A stretch of 47,416 nt of DNA from Tidjanibacter sp. GTDB lineage: Bacteria; Bacteroidota; Bacteroidia; Bacteroidales; Rikenellaceae. The position numbers and the translations under genes are program-made. Where the stretch lies: the NCBI GenBank assembly GCA_017935385.1, contig JAGBHS010000032.1, positions 1 through 47,416 on the forward strand, written 5' to 3'. Position 1 is the first letter of the stretch. Each line of letters opens with the position of its first letter. Below are positions 47,318 to 47,416 of the stretch, in pieces. The notes under the pieces were generated by a model. It was not told where the DNA came from and did no database searches. It was given only the letters and a program-made list of their open reading frames with translations.

Positions 47318-47416
47318 TTATGCCTCAGCCGAATTTCGTCCGTGACAATGTTTGTATTTCTTGCCGCTACCGCAAGGGCACGGATCGTTCGGACGCACCT
47401 TCTTCTCCACATGCAC
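47318..47416 (-). CDS. secA: C-terminal SEC-C zinc motif, most likely the 3' end of secA (5' truncated by window edge)
   Basis: Minus strand reads [32 protein letters not shown]; not in the ORF track. Confidence 0.75.
   Translation of the reverse strand: MHVEKKVRPNDPCPCGSGKKYKHCHGRNSAEA

Overview
Mostly core chromosome of a Bacteroidota bacterium. Protein style and repeated TAnnTTTG -7 promoter elements suggest Bacteroidales, probably Rikenellaceae/Alistipes-like (inference). Left to right: 3' end of an acyl-CoA dehydrogenase; a membrane-anchored LytTR regulator divergent from an accessory acp-fabH-fabF-fabZ operon; a ~260-bp highly structured intergenic element; a small ion channel; LysM protein/dnaQ/dnaN; gcvH-mdh; an AT-rich NERD nuclease gene behind typA and a HAD gene; nucleoside phosphorylase/glmM; a small OM beta-barrel; a SigH-like ECF sigma factor with a downstream micro-ORF; menA-like prenyltransferase plus CPBP protease; pepD; ispF; the dcw cluster (rsmH to ftsZ, no mraZ) running on into gldE-like, PPTase, kdsA and ung; an AlkZ-family glycosylase; rnz; rpsA; two FKBP lipoproteins; the 3' end of secA. 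I saw no rRNA, tRNA, CRISPR array, transposase or integrase. The best candidate for an undescribed system is 556-4890. A 4-TM one-component LytTR regulator faces a second, apparently Clostridia-like fatty-acid synthesis module across 21-bp-phased direct repeats (a typical LytTR operator layout), and a structured RNA-like element with outward-facing terminators follows. Family assignments come from motif recognition by eye; no database searches were run.
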